Below, piece by piece: positions 12,457-21,967 of a DNA stretch of 64,000 nucleotides. The notes beneath the pieces were generated by a model that saw nothing but the letters and a program-made list of their open reading frames with translations, did no database searches and was not told the DNA's origin. The DNA comes from an uncultured Chromatiaceae bacterium. Lineage in GTDB: Bacteria; Pseudomonadota; Gammaproteobacteria; Steroidobacterales; GCA-2729495. The DNA lies in assembly GCA_964403135.1 (NCBI GenBank), contig CAYOFE010000001.1:1647-65646 (forward strand), given 5' to 3'. Positions within the stretch are counted from its first letter, which is position 1. Each line of letters begins with the position of its first letter. The position numbers and the translations under genes are program-made.

Positions 12457-13460
12457 CGGACCGGTGCAGTTGGGCGTTGCCCGGCACTCAGGCAACGACG
12501 CGCGTCACCCGGCGCACGTCCCGTCCAGTTTCGATAAGCATGGCAGAAAGAACTCTGCTCGCGATAGCCAAGCCGGGCGGCGATCTCCTGCAGGCTGAGC
12601 TCACTCGATGCCAGATAGTCGTTGGCCATCTCCATGCGAAGTTCCTGCAACAGCCGATGAAACGTCGTGCCGTGCGCGCGCAGCTCGCGCTGCAGGCTGC
12701 GTGTCGACTTGGCGAGCCGTTGCGCAACTCGGCCAACACTGACCTCCCCATCCGGAATCAACTCGATCACCGCCTGGCTTATCGCGGCGAGCCCGCTGTT
12801 GCGGCGAAACGTGGCCAGCAGCTGCCGGGCGTGCTTTTCCAGCAGTGGCACGAGCGAGGCCTCCGCGGTACATAACGGCACCTCGAGCCAACGGCGCGCC
12901 AGCGAGAAACCGTTGCGTTCGGACCCAAACTGCAGTGACGAGCCGAAAATCGTCTCGTGCAGCGACGGGTCCCGCGGACGCGGATAGGTGAACGCGGCCT
13001 GCAGCACCGGCGGCTCATCGCCGAGCAGCCACACGCCGAAGTAGCGCACGCCCGACATCAGCAGGTCGATGAATTCGCGCGGCTGGTCGAGGCCGCCGAA
13101 CTGCCAATGCAGATGCAACGCATCGTTATCGACAGCAACGTTCAGCTTCACGCCGTCGGCGACCAGGCGCTGGAAGCGCGAGATGCGCGGCAAGGCATCC
13201 AGCAGCGTCGGACCCGCCATGACGAGATACCCGGTGATCGCGAAACAGGTCGGGTTCAGCATCCGGCCGGCACGCAAACCGATATCGTCATCGCCGCTCT
13301 GCCGGCGCAACTCGCCGAGCGCCCGGTGCAGGGCATACAGGGGCACGCGTGCGCCGGCGCAAGCCGCCTGCCTCTGCGCCGGCAACGCGTAACCCATGGA
13401 CCGGCCGACGCGGCAAACCTCGCCGTACAGGGCGGCCGAAACCGTAGCTGTGCTGTTCAT
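12435..13460 (-). CDS. AraC-family transcriptional regulator
   Basis: C-terminal double HTH (LSLQEIAARLGYREQSSFCHAYRNWTG). Start placed at ATG 13460 (MNSTATV), giving ~341 aa. Confidence 0.85.
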   Translation of the reverse strand: MNSTATVSAALYGEVCRVGRSMGYALPAQRQAACAGARVPLYALHRALGELRRQSGDDDIGLRAGRMLNPTCFAITGYLVMAGPTLLDALPRISRFQRLVADGVKLNVAVDNDALHLHWQFGGLDQPREFIDLLMSGVRYFGVWLLGDEPPVLQAAFTYPRPRDPSLHETIFGSSLQFGSERNGFSLARRWLEVPLCTAEASLVPLLEKHARQLLATFRRNSGLAAISQAVIELIPDGEVSVGRVAQRLAKSTRSLQRELRAHGTTFHRLLQELRMEMANDYLASSELSLQEIAARLGYREQSSFCHAYRNWTGRAPGDARRCLSAGQRPTAPVRQAPSGL

Positions 13461-13667
13461 GGCAACGGCGTCGTCCCCCCGGGCGACAGTTGCGCCTGAA
13501 CAATTAACATGGCGCCTTTCAACAAGCAAACCGCCGGTGCTGCGGTTAAAAGGCCACGGTTGGGGAAGAGGGCAATCGCAGATCGCTGACCTGTACGTCA
13601 CGCGACGTGGTGCACCGCAAGAAGTACCCTTCACGTCATCGGTCGGAATTATTCAAGGGAGAAATAG

Positions 13668-14507
13668 ATGATGCGAATCATGACACTGTTGTTAGGCCTG
13701 ACGCTGATAGCCGCTGTTCAAACGGGCCTGGCGGCACAGATGGACCACGATCCCGCTGCGTCGTGCTCGGTGCGCGTGATCTACCCGTCGACCGTACCGG
13801 CCAACGCCGAGGTGTTCGTGATCGGCGTGGGCACCGCGATGTCGCGCACCGATTACGACTTTCTCGGCGCCCAGCTCACGGCCAAGGGCTATGTCCTCGT
13901 CGCGATGGACCACAACCCGGGCAACATGGTGAAGACCGACGAGACCAGGTACCGCAACTGCGTCAACGCAGTGAAATCAGCGTTGCCGGGCTGGCTCGCC
14001 CCTTACGGGCTTGCCTCCGTCGCGCATTGGATCGTTGGCGGGCACTCGGCCGGCGGCCAGGCCGCGCAGTATGCCTTTGCCAACAACCCCGGCCTCGGCA
14101 GCGCGATCTTCAGCATCGACCCGTATAACCTCAGCAGTGCGCCAATCGTCAACGGTCCGGCGCTGTACTGGGGATTCAACGTCACAACCTGTTTCGTCAG
14201 CATCAATGACGCTGCGAAAGCCGGTTACTACCGCACGCAGGGTCAACGCGCCTTCGTACGGGTGAAGAAGGTTTACTCCTTCGGGCCCTGCGGCTATTCA
14301 CCGAAGTACTTTCACTGCAGTTTCTGCGACGGACACTGCCCCGCCTGCACCAACTGCATGACCACGCCGAACTCGTTCTTCGTAGATATCGCCAACAGCG
14401 TGCAGAAGTTCGTCAACGCGGCGTTTTACGGGACCTGGTCGAAGGCCAACCTGACCGTGTCCATGACCACGCCCACCGAACTCTTCGTCGATAGCGACGC
14501 GCCGTAA
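13668..14507 (+). CDS. Secreted alpha/beta-hydrolase-like protein with Cys-rich C-terminus
   Basis: Signal peptide, GGHSAGG nucleophile-elbow-like motif, and a CxxC-rich tail (HCSFCDGHCPACTNC). Locally AT-richer by eye. Confidence 0.55.
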   Translation: MMRIMTLLLGLTLIAAVQTGLAAQMDHDPAASCSVRVIYPSTVPANAEVFVIGVGTAMSRTDYDFLGAQLTAKGYVLVAMDHNPGNMVKTDETRYRNCVNAVKSALPGWLAPYGLASVAHWIVGGHSAGGQAAQYAFANNPGLGSAIFSIDPYNLSSAPIVNGPALYWGFNVTTCFVSINDAAKAGYYRTQGQRAFVRVKKVYSFGPCGYSPKYFHCSFCDGHCPACTNCMTTPNSFFVDIANSVQKFVNAAFYGTWSKANLTVSMTTPTELFVDSDAP

Positions 14508-14563
14508 CGACAGACGGGATCGGGCTGCGGTTCCGGCGCGAATCGCGGTCTGATCCCTTTTTC

Positions 14564-15358
14564 TTACACCGCCACCGGGGCGCGGATCGCCGGGTGTGAT
14601 TGATAGCCCACGATCTCGAAGTCTTCGAAGCGGTAATCGAAGATCGACGCCGGCCGGCGGTGGATCACCAGTTGCGGCAGCGGCAGCGGCGCGCGCCGGA
14701 GCTGCTCGTCGGCCTGTTCCAGGTGATTCAGGTACAGGTGACAATCCCCGCCGGTCCAGATGAAGTCGCCCACCGCAAGATTTGCCTGCTGCGCCACCAT
14801 GTGCGTCAGCAGCGCGTAGGAGGCGATGTTGAACGGCACGCCGAGAAACACGTCAGCGCTGCGCTGATAGAGCTGGCAGGACAACCGTCCGTCGGCAACG
14901 TAGAACTGGAACAACAGGTGGCAGGGCGCCAGCGCCATCTTCGGCAGCTCCGCGACGTTCCAGGCGCTGACGATCAGGCGGCGCGAATCCGGATCGCGCG
15001 CAAGCCCGTCCATCAGCGCCTGCACCTGGTCGATATGCCGGCCGTCGGGCGCCGGCCACGAGCGCCATTGCGCGCCGTACACCGGCCCGAGATCGCCGTT
15101 CGCATCGGCCCACTCGTCCCAGATGGTGACCTTGTGCGCGCGGAGGTACGCGACGTTGGTCTCGCCGCGCAGGAACCACAGCAGCTCGTGGATGATCGAG
15201 CGCAGGTGGAGCTTCTTGGTGGTGACCAGCGGGAAACCCTCGCGCAGGTCGAAGCGCATCTGGTGGCCGAAAACGCTGAGCGTGCCGGTGCCGGTGCGGT
15301 CGGCCTTGCGCGCGCCGTGGTCACGGATGTGCCGGACGAGGTCGAGGTACTGTCTCAT
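14564..15358 (-). CDS. thyA: Thymidylate synthase
   Basis: [11 protein letters not shown]...[12 protein letters not shown]. Full-length at 264 aa. Confidence 0.97.
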   Translation of the reverse strand: MRQYLDLVRHIRDHGARKADRTGTGTLSVFGHQMRFDLREGFPLVTTKKLHLRSIIHELLWFLRGETNVAYLRAHKVTIWDEWADANGDLGPVYGAQWRSWPAPDGRHIDQVQALMDGLARDPDSRRLIVSAWNVAELPKMALAPCHLLFQFYVADGRLSCQLYQRSADVFLGVPFNIASYALLTHMVAQQANLAVGDFIWTGGDCHLYLNHLEQADEQLRRAPLPLPQLVIHRRPASIFDYRFEDFEIVGYQSHPAIRAPVAV

Positions 15359-15359
15359 C

Positions 15360-16145
15360 TCAGTGCACCGCGACAGCAGGCCGTCGATACGCGAGCGCGA
15401 GCAGCAGCAACCCGCCGGCCAGCATCGGCAGCGTCAGCACGTGGCCCATGGTCAGCCAGCCGAAGGCGAGGTAGCCGATGTGCGCGTCGGGCAGGCGGAC
15501 GAACTCGACCGAGAGGCGGAACACCCCGTAACCTGCCAGGAACAGCCCCGTCACCGCCATGCGCGGCCGCGGCTTCGAGGAAAAAATCCACACGATCACG
15601 AACAGCGCCAGGCCTTCGAGAAAGGCCTCGTAGAGTTGCGAGGGATGCCGCCCCTGCCCCTCTACGACGAAGGCCCAGGGCAGCTCGGTCGGCTTGCCCC
15701 AGAGCTCGCCGTTGATGAAGTTGCCGAGGCGCCCGGCGCCGAGCCCGACCGGCACCATCGGTGCGCTGAAGTCGGTGAGTGCGAGCAGCGAGCTGCCGAT
15801 GCGCCGCGCATACAGCCAGCAGGCGAGCGTCACGCCGAGCAGTCCGCCGTGAAACGACATGCCGCCCTCCCAGATGCGAAACAGCGCGAGCGGATTCGCG
15901 ACGATCTGCTCGAACCCGTAGAACAGCATGTAGCCGATGCGCCCTCCGAGGATCACGCCGAGCGCGACGTAGAACACCAGGTCGTCGACCTGGGCCACCG
16001 TCACCGGCGAGTCGGCGCGCGTCGCCCGGCGACGCGCCAGGTACCAGCCGCCGCCGATGCCGATCAGGTACATCAGCCCGTACCAGCGGATCGCCAGCGG
16101 CCCGAGCTGGATGGCGACGGGGTCGAATTCGGGGTAAGCGAGCAT
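15360..16145 (-). CDS. lgt: Prolipoprotein diacylglyceryl transferase
   Basis: [15 protein letters not shown] motif and polytopic membrane profile. lgt-thyA order as in E. coli. Confidence 0.95.
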   Translation of the reverse strand: MLAYPEFDPVAIQLGPLAIRWYGLMYLIGIGGGWYLARRRATRADSPVTVAQVDDLVFYVALGVILGGRIGYMLFYGFEQIVANPLALFRIWEGGMSFHGGLLGVTLACWLYARRIGSSLLALTDFSAPMVPVGLGAGRLGNFINGELWGKPTELPWAFVVEGQGRHPSQLYEAFLEGLALFVIVWIFSSKPRPRMAVTGLFLAGYGVFRLSVEFVRLPDAHIGYLAFGWLTMGHVLTLPMLAGGLLLLALAYRRPAVAVH

Positions 16146-16183
16146 GCCTGGTTACGGATCGGGCGGGGAAACGGGGCGCCAGT

Positions 16184-16822
16184 CTAGCGCGGTCCGCGAT
16201 CGCGGTCTTTCTTCCAGGCAGCCGCACGAGCCAGCACGAGCTGCTCGATTTCCTCCCAGGACGAGGCGCGGGGTCCGGGCAGGTGGTCGTTGGTGGAATT
16301 CACCACCACGATAGTCTCGTGGCCGGCGGCGCGCAGCGACTGGATGTTCTCGGGGCTGTCCTCGAGATACAGGTTCGCGCCGACCGCCGCCTTGTCGCGC
16401 ATGAAACAGATGTCCCAGTACGGGATGCCCTGGTGCTCCAGCCACTCGGTGGTCTGCTGGATCGCTTCCTTGTGAAACCAGTGGATGTAAAGCCGGTGGG
16501 TGATGATGCGGATGCGGATGTCGCCGACTGCGCTCAGCCGGCGCAGAGCTGCCGGAGCACCCTCGATCGGCGGCAACCGGGCGAACAGCTCGCGTTCCTT
16601 CACCGCGAAACGATGCAGCGCATCGTAACCGCCGGCCCGCTCCAGCCCCCACTCCCTGAAGCCGTAGCTGATGTTGTCTGTCAGCGTGGACTGCGCCACG
16701 CCCAGCCACTCCGCGGCAATGGGCTTGAGCCCCCGCGCGAAATCCGCGACCACGCCGTCGAGGTCCACGCCCAGCACGAAGCGGCTGTCGGTCGTCACAA
16801 CAAATCCCCGTACCCGAGACAA
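16184..16822 (-). CDS. HAD-superfamily 5'(3')-deoxyribonucleotidase-like protein
   Basis: DxDGV motif (GVDLDGVVADF) and NT5C-like length. The start codon is uncertain (TTG 16822 or GTG 16798). Confidence 0.55.
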   Translation of the reverse strand: MSRVRGFVVTTDSRFVLGVDLDGVVADFARGLKPIAAEWLGVAQSTLTDNISYGFREWGLERAGGYDALHRFAVKERELFARLPPIEGAPAALRRLSAVGDIRIRIITHRLYIHWFHKEAIQQTTEWLEHQGIPYWDICFMRDKAAVGANLYLEDSPENIQSLRAAGHETIVVVNSTNDHLPGPRASSWEEIEQLVLARAAAWKKDRDRGPR

Positions 16823-16865
16823 CTGTCGCTAATATAACCCGGCCGCCACGCGGAGGAGCCCTCTC

Positions 16866-17276
16866 ATGAATACGAACATTCCCGACACGCACAAAGCCCT
16901 GCTCGAACGGCCGATCGTCGCCTCGCTGGCTACTCAGATGAAAAGCGGTGCAATCCAGGTGCACCCCGTGTGGTTCGGCTGGGACGGCCGGCGCCTGCTC
17001 GTCAATACCGAGAAACATCGCTCCAAGTATCGCAACCTGCACGAGCGCCGGCATGCCACGCTGCTGGTAGTCAACCCGGATGACGTCTTTCACTGGATCG
17101 AGATCCGCGGGCGGGTGGTCGCCGAGACCGAGGAGAACGGCGCACGCAAACAGCTCGACGACGCAGCCAGGCGCTACATCGGCGCCGACAAGTACCCCTT
17201 CCACCAACCGGGCGACGTGCGCGTGCTGTTCCGCATCGAGCCCGAACACATCGTCACGTTCGGTCCGGGGGTGTAA
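16866..17276 (+). CDS. PPOX-class (pyridoxamine 5'-phosphate oxidase-like) family protein
   Basis: 136 aa. The LLERPIVASLATQMKSGAIQVHPVWF pattern is typical of the split-barrel PPOX family. Confidence 0.65.
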   Translation: MNTNIPDTHKALLERPIVASLATQMKSGAIQVHPVWFGWDGRRLLVNTEKHRSKYRNLHERRHATLLVVNPDDVFHWIEIRGRVVAETEENGARKQLDDAARRYIGADKYPFHQPGDVRVLFRIEPEHIVTFGPGV

Positions 17277-17301
17277 GCGCCGCAGAGCCGCGGCGAGCCG
17301 C

Positions 17302-17751
17302 CTACCAGAGCCAGCGCGGTACGCGCTGGCGATACCGTGCGCAGTCCGCGCCGAACGAGCGCGCCAGTGTCGGTTCCTCGACGCGCACGACGCGCAGATG
17401 AAAGGCCGAGGCGACGACTGCCGCGTACACGAGCAAGCCGGCGGAACCGAAGGCCATGCTCCAGCCGAGCAGGATGCTGACCACCGCCATGTACATCGGG
17501 TTGCGCGTGTAGCGGTACAGCCCGATCACCACCAGGCGCTGGGGCGGCGCCCATGGCGCGAGTGTGCCCCTGCCCGCCACGTAGAAATCACGCACGCACC
17601 ATAGCAGCGCCACGACCCCGGCGGCGAGAATTGCGAGACCCAGCGGCCGTACGACCTGCAGCTGCCCGGTCGCCCGCAGCCACGCCAGCGGCACCGTGAA
17701 GGCCACTACGCCGGGCAGCACCAGGCAAGCGATCAGGGCGCGGAGCCACAT
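17302..17751 (-). CDS. Isoprenylcysteine carboxyl / phospholipid methyltransferase-family membrane protein
   Basis: Multi-TM protein with GLYRYTRNPMY motif. Confidence 0.7.
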   Translation of the reverse strand: MWLRALIACLVLPGVVAFTVPLAWLRATGQLQVVRPLGLAILAAGVVALLWCVRDFYVAGRGTLAPWAPPQRLVVIGLYRYTRNPMYMAVVSILLGWSMAFGSAGLLVYAAVVASAFHLRVVRVEEPTLARSFGADCARYRQRVPRWLW

Positions 17752-17781
17752 CAGCGACGGATCACGATGCGGGCCGACCGC

Positions 17782-18252
17782 TCACTTGGTCACGACGTAC
17801 CAGTTGTTCTGGAGGTCATGAGCCAACCGGTGTGTGACGATCGAGCGGAATCCCGCCTGCTGCAGATACTCCCAGGTCTTTTCCTCGCCCCACATGGCGC
17901 CCAACCCTTCGCCGCCCTGCGCCAGCGACACTGTCATGCAGTGCGTGCAGGAGATCGTGCAGAGGAACGGGCCGGTCGGATGCTTGATGTCCTGGTGCAC
18001 GTCGCTGGTGCCGCTGATGTCCTGCATCAGGCAGACACCGTCGGGCTTCAGGGCGCGTTGGATGCCCCTGAGAACGTTGAGCGGCCTGCCCTGATCGTGG
18101 ATCGCGTCAAAGGTGGTCACGAAGTCCAAGGACTCATGCGGCGCGCTCCGGTCAAAGTCGCTCAGATCGGCGGCCAGGAACTCGATGTTATTGCAGCCCG
18201 CCTGCGCCGCGTGCTGCCGGGCGTAGTGGATAACCTCCCGCGAAAGATCCAC
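17782..18252 (-). pseudogene. 5'-truncated class I SAM-dependent methyltransferase (Rv2258c-like family)
   Basis: The C-terminal ~160 aa are family-like (FDAIHDQGRP, ISCTHCMTVSLAQGGEGLGAMWG). Upstream there is only a degenerate motif-I remnant before the stop of the neighbouring gene at 18372. The N-terminal ~150 aa are missing. Confidence 0.55.
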
Positions 18253-18371
18253 GCCGACGAATCGAGCACCGATTGCCCACTGTCCTCCGCCACCGGTCGG
18301 TGCCCCCCGGCCGATCCATTCTCGACCCAGCCTGCTCCGGCGGCAAGCTCCGCTTGCATATACGGCCGCCG

Positions 18372-18734
18372 TCAGCGGCAGTACCGCCCCGACTCGTAGT
18401 AACTCAGGCCAATGCCGTCGACCCAGACATTGAAGCCATAGCTGCTGGGCCCGTAGTAACCGCCGTAATACCGCGGCACGGGGTACCAGTAGTTATCCCA
18501 GCGATGATCGCGATACCCGTCGCGATAGCCGCGCCGGTATGACTGATAGCGGATGCGACCGTGCCCGTGATCGTGCCAATGATGATCGTGACTTCTCCAG
18601 CCGTAATTTGCCGGCCGCCCCGCCCAGGGCGGCGGCCCGCGACCGCGATCGTGGTCACGATCGGCCTGCGCCACGCCCGATAACCCCAGCAGGGCTACGG
18701 CTGCGGCCGCCGTTGCAACACTGCGCATGTTCAT
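18372..18734 (-). CDS. Small secreted His/Arg/Tyr/Gly-rich protein, unknown function
   Basis: Signal peptide MNMRSVATAAAAVALLGLSGVAQA followed by low-complexity HDHHWHDHGHG and RGYRDGYRDHRW tracts. A PhoP box faces it. Confidence 0.5.
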   Translation of the reverse strand: MNMRSVATAAAAVALLGLSGVAQADRDHDRGRGPPPWAGRPANYGWRSHDHHWHDHGHGRIRYQSYRRGYRDGYRDHRWDNYWYPVPRYYGGYYGPSSYGFNVWVDGIGLSYYESGRYCR

Positions 18735-18800
18735 GACTGTCCTCCTGATCTGAACGACTGGGCCTCCAGGGCCAACGCGAGCCCACCATAGCGGCCCGAC

Positions 18801-18817
18801 CTGAACCCAGCGTGAAC
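18801..18817 (-). promoter_or_regulatory. PhoP-box-like direct repeat facing the His-rich gene
   Basis: Minus strand reads GTTCAC-gctgg-GTTCAG. It lies 10 nt upstream of TATGGT (18790-18785). Confidence 0.5.
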
Positions 18818-18822
18818 GGGCT

Positions 18823-18839
18823 GTTCAGGTTCGGTTCAG
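18823..18839 (+). promoter_or_regulatory. PhoP box upstream of the phoPQ operon
   Basis: Perfect GTTCAG-gttcg-GTTCAG. It lies 11 nt upstream of TATTCT (18851-18856) and 63 nt before ATG 18903. Confidence 0.6.
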
Positions 18840-18902
18840 CCCGCCGTGCCTATTCTATGCGCGCAATCGGCGGGGCCTGCGCCCCGCACACAGGAGACAA
18901 AC

Positions 18903-19448
18903 ATGAATCGGATGACGGGCTTGATCGTGGCAGCACTGGCCGGCATCGGAAGTGCACAAGCCTCGCATGAGCGCGGCGCGCCGAACGGCGCCTATTACAC
19001 CGATGCCGAAGTCATCGACGTAAAGCCGATCGTGAGCATCGTCGAGGTGCGCGAACCGCAGGAAAGCTGCTGGAACGAAACCGTGCGCCGCGAAGACCGC
19101 GGTCGCGGCTATCGCTCGGCCACGCCGGTGGTGCTCGGCAGCATCCTCGGCGGTGTGGTCGGCCACCAGTTCGGCTCGGGCCGGGGCAACGACGTGATGA
19201 CGGCGGCAGGTGCCCTGCTCGGCGGCTCGATCGGCCACGACGTGTCGTATCGCAATGCGACCGCTCGCCCCGCGTACACCACCGAGCGATTGTGCGAGGT
19301 GCGCGAAACCGTGCACGAGGAAGAGCGCCTGGAAGGCTACCGCGTGCGTTACCGGCTCGACGGCCGCGAATTCGAGACCCGCACCGCCACCGACCCGGGA
19401 TCGCGGCTGCGCGTGCGTGTCCAGGTCGAGCCGGCCACCTATAATTGA
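18903..19448 (+). CDS. Glycine-zipper 2TM domain protein (exported)
   Basis: RBS AGGAG. Signal peptide MNRMTGLIVAALAGIGSAQA. Glycine zipper GSILGGVVGHQFGSGRGNDVMTAAGALLGGSIGH. Confidence 0.65.
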   Translation: MNRMTGLIVAALAGIGSAQASHERGAPNGAYYTDAEVIDVKPIVSIVEVREPQESCWNETVRREDRGRGYRSATPVVLGSILGGVVGHQFGSGRGNDVMTAAGALLGGSIGHDVSYRNATARPAYTTERLCEVRETVHEEERLEGYRVRYRLDGREFETRTATDPGSRLRVRVQVEPATYN

Positions 19449-19477
19449 GGCCGGTCGGGTCACCGGTGCAGTGAAAT

Positions 19478-19858
19478 TTGTCGTGCCGTTCGCTGAAAGT
19501 GCGCGGGCCGCACCGCGCGGTGATGCTCGGCATCGCGCTCATCGCAGCGGCGTCGGGAAGCGCGCCGGCCGAAGCCCGCCCGCCCCCGCGCGATGCACCG
19601 CGCATCGAGCAAGCCCCGCCGTCGCGGCCAGGCCAGCGGCCGGCGCCGCGCGAGGACCGTGAACGGCCGCCAGCCGACGACATCGCCATTTCCCCCGGTC
19701 AGGCCGCGGCTATCGCAGCCTCACGCACCGGCGGGCGCGTGCTCGGCGTCAAGCTCCAGGGCGGCAAGCGGCCCCGTTACCGCGTTCGGCTGTTGCTCGG
19801 CGGCGAGCGCGTGCGCAGCGTCACCGTGGACGCCGCCACCGGCGAGTTCCGGGGCTGA
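19478..19858 (+). CDS. PepSY domain-containing periplasmic protein
   Basis: C-terminal PepSY-like ISPGQAAAIAASRTGGRVLGVKL...VTVDAATGEF. The start may be the internal Met at 19523. Confidence 0.65.
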   Translation: MSCRSLKVRGPHRAVMLGIALIAAASGSAPAEARPPPRDAPRIEQAPPSRPGQRPAPREDRERPPADDIAISPGQAAAIAASRTGGRVLGVKLQGGKRPRYRVRLLLGGERVRSVTVDAATGEFRG

Positions 19859-19870
19859 GCGGAGCCTGCC

Positions 19871-20551
19871 ATGCGCGTACTGGTGATCGAAGACGACACC
19901 ACCTTGCGCGGGCAGATCGTGCGGGCGCTGCGCGAGGCCGGCAACGTGGTGGACCACGCCGGCAAGGGCGCCGAGGGTCTGTATCTCGGCAACGAGTTTC
20001 CGGTGGATGTGGCGATCGTCGATCTCGGCCTGCCCGATATCCCGGGGCTGGAACTGATACGGCGCTGGCGCGAAGCGGGCCGCACGTTTCCGATCCTGAT
20101 CCTCACCGCGCGCGGCCGCTGGCAGGAAAAAGTCGAAGGCCTGGAAACCGGCGCTGACGATTACCTGGTCAAGCCGGTGCGCACGGAGGAGGTCCAGGCG
20201 CGCCTCAAGGCGCTGGTGCGACGCGCCGCCGGCTGGGCGGATGCGACGCTCACCGCCGGTGCCATCGCGCTCGACACCACGAGGCAGCACGTGCGGGTGC
20301 GGGGCGAGCCGGTGGATCTCACCGGCTACGAATACCGGCTGCTCGAGTACCTGATGGTGCGCGCCGGTGCGGTGATCTCCAAAAGCGACCTGGCCGAGCA
20401 CCTGTACAAAGACCAGACAGATCGCGACAGCAACGTGCTCGAGGTGCTGCTCGCGCGGCTGCGCCGCAAGCTCGATCCCGACGGCACCCTCAAGCCCATC
20501 GAGACCCTGCGGGGTCGCGGCTATCGGTTGCGCTTTGAACGCAAGAGCTGA
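19871..20551 (+). CDS. phoP: OmpR/PhoB-family response regulator, PhoP-like
   Basis: AIVDLGLPDIPGLELIR...FPILILTARGRWQEKVEGLETGADDYLVKP closely resembles Pseudomonas PhoP as I recall it. PhoP boxes lie upstream of the operon. Confidence 0.8.
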   Translation: MRVLVIEDDTTLRGQIVRALREAGNVVDHAGKGAEGLYLGNEFPVDVAIVDLGLPDIPGLELIRRWREAGRTFPILILTARGRWQEKVEGLETGADDYLVKPVRTEEVQARLKALVRRAAGWADATLTAGAIALDTTRQHVRVRGEPVDLTGYEYRLLEYLMVRAGAVISKSDLAEHLYKDQTDRDSNVLEVLLARLRRKLDPDGTLKPIETLRGRGYRLRFERKS

Positions 20552-21908
20552 TCAAGCCGCGGCGCCTTCGCTGGTCAGGCGGCTGTTGATCGCTGCCTCC
20601 GTAGTACTCGTTGCCTTCCTCGGGCTGACCAGCCTCGCGCTCGATCACGCTTACCAGGCGAGCGTTCGCGAGCTGAGCCGCGAGCGGCTGCAGGCCAGAA
20701 TCTACCTGCTGATGGCCGCGGCGCAGGTGTCGGCTGACGGTGAGCTTACAATGACTGAACCGCTCGCCGAACCGCGACTCAGCGCGAGCAACTCGGGCGC
20801 CTACGCCGCAGTGAGTGACGCCAACGGCCAGTGGCTGTGGCGCTCGGCCTCCAGCGAGATGGCCGAGCTAACGTATCCGGAGCCGCTCGGGCCCGGCAAG
20901 CCTTCCTTTGGCGAGACCGAGATCGCCGGTGCCGGGGTGACGCTCGTGCTGACCTATCCCGTCGTGTGGGAGCTCGACGAGGGCGGCGAGCGCTACCTGG
21001 TATTCCACGCCGCCGAATCGCGCGCCGGCCTCGACGCCGAGGCCGATGGGTTTCGTCGCACCTTGTGGCTGTGGCTCGGCGGCGGAGCGCTGCTGCTGCT
21101 CGGCGCGCAGCTCGCGATGCTCTCGTGGAGCCTGCGGCCACTGCACGAGGTGGCGCACGAGGTGCAGGCTATCGAAGGCGGTCGCCAGGCCGAACTGCAG
21201 GGCCGATACCCCGCCGAGCTACGCCCGCTCACCGACAACCTGAATCGCCTGCTCGCGAGCAATCGCCGGCGGCTGAAGCGCCATCGGGATGCGCTCGCCG
21301 ATCTCGCGCACAGCCTGAAGACGCCGCTCGCCGTGCTCAAGAGCGGCCTCGGCGAAAAAGAGAACGCCGACCGCGAGCTGCTGCGCGAGCAGATCGAGCG
21401 CATGGACCGGACCATCGGCTACCAGCTGCAGCGCGCGGCCGCCTCCGGGCAGGGCGGACTCTCCGCACCCATCGACGTGTTACCCGTGGCGTCGCGGATC
21501 CTGCGCGCACTCGAGAAGCTGCACGCCGGCCGCGAGCGGCCGATCACCGCCGCGATTCACATCGCACCCGACGTGCGCTTCGCCGGCGACCCTGGCGATC
21601 TCGAGGAAATCGTCGGCAACCTCGCCGACAACGCCTTCAAGTGGGCCACGAGCCGCGCCAGCGTCAGCGCGCGCAACATCGAAGGCGAACGCCTGCGCCT
21701 CGAACTCGAAGTCACCGACGACGGCCCCGGCATACCTGAAGACATCCGCACCGAAGTGCTCCGCCGCGGCGTACGCCTCGACAGCGCCGTGCCCGGCCAG
21801 GGCATCGGCCTCGCCGTGGTGCGCGACATCGTCGAGCAGGTGTATGGCGGGAAGCTGCAAATCGCCGGGGGCGAGGCCGGGGGCACGAGGGTGAGGGTGG
21901 TGGTGTGA
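20535..21908 (+). CDS. phoQ: Sensor histidine kinase, PhoQ-like
   Basis: Two TM segments flank a periplasmic domain. H-box HSLKTPLAVL and ATPase G-boxes present. Overlaps phoP by 17 nt. TTG start is uncertain. Confidence 0.75.
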   Translation: MNARADQAAAPSLVRRLLIAASVVLVAFLGLTSLALDHAYQASVRELSRERLQARIYLLMAAAQVSADGELTMTEPLAEPRLSASNSGAYAAVSDANGQWLWRSASSEMAELTYPEPLGPGKPSFGETEIAGAGVTLVLTYPVVWELDEGGERYLVFHAAESRAGLDAEADGFRRTLWLWLGGGALLLLGAQLAMLSWSLRPLHEVAHEVQAIEGGRQAELQGRYPAELRPLTDNLNRLLASNRRRLKRHRDALADLAHSLKTPLAVLKSGLGEKENADRELLREQIERMDRTIGYQLQRAAASGQGGLSAPIDVLPVASRILRALEKLHAGRERPITAAIHIAPDVRFAGDPGDLEEIVGNLADNAFKWATSRASVSARNIEGERLRLELEVTDDGPGIPEDIRTEVLRRGVRLDSAVPGQGIGLAVVRDIVEQVYGGKLQIAGGEAGGTRVRVVV

Positions 21909-21967
21909 AATCGGTGGTTACTATACGTTATGCACCTCGCCACGCCGGACAATAGCTGCGACCGAGG

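Noticed and set aside
14516-14562. Possible terminator between the secreted hydrolase gene and thyA
   Set aside because: Only a 6-bp outer stem (GGGATC/GATCCC) encloses a 30-nt poorly paired interior. This is too weak to call despite the following T-run.
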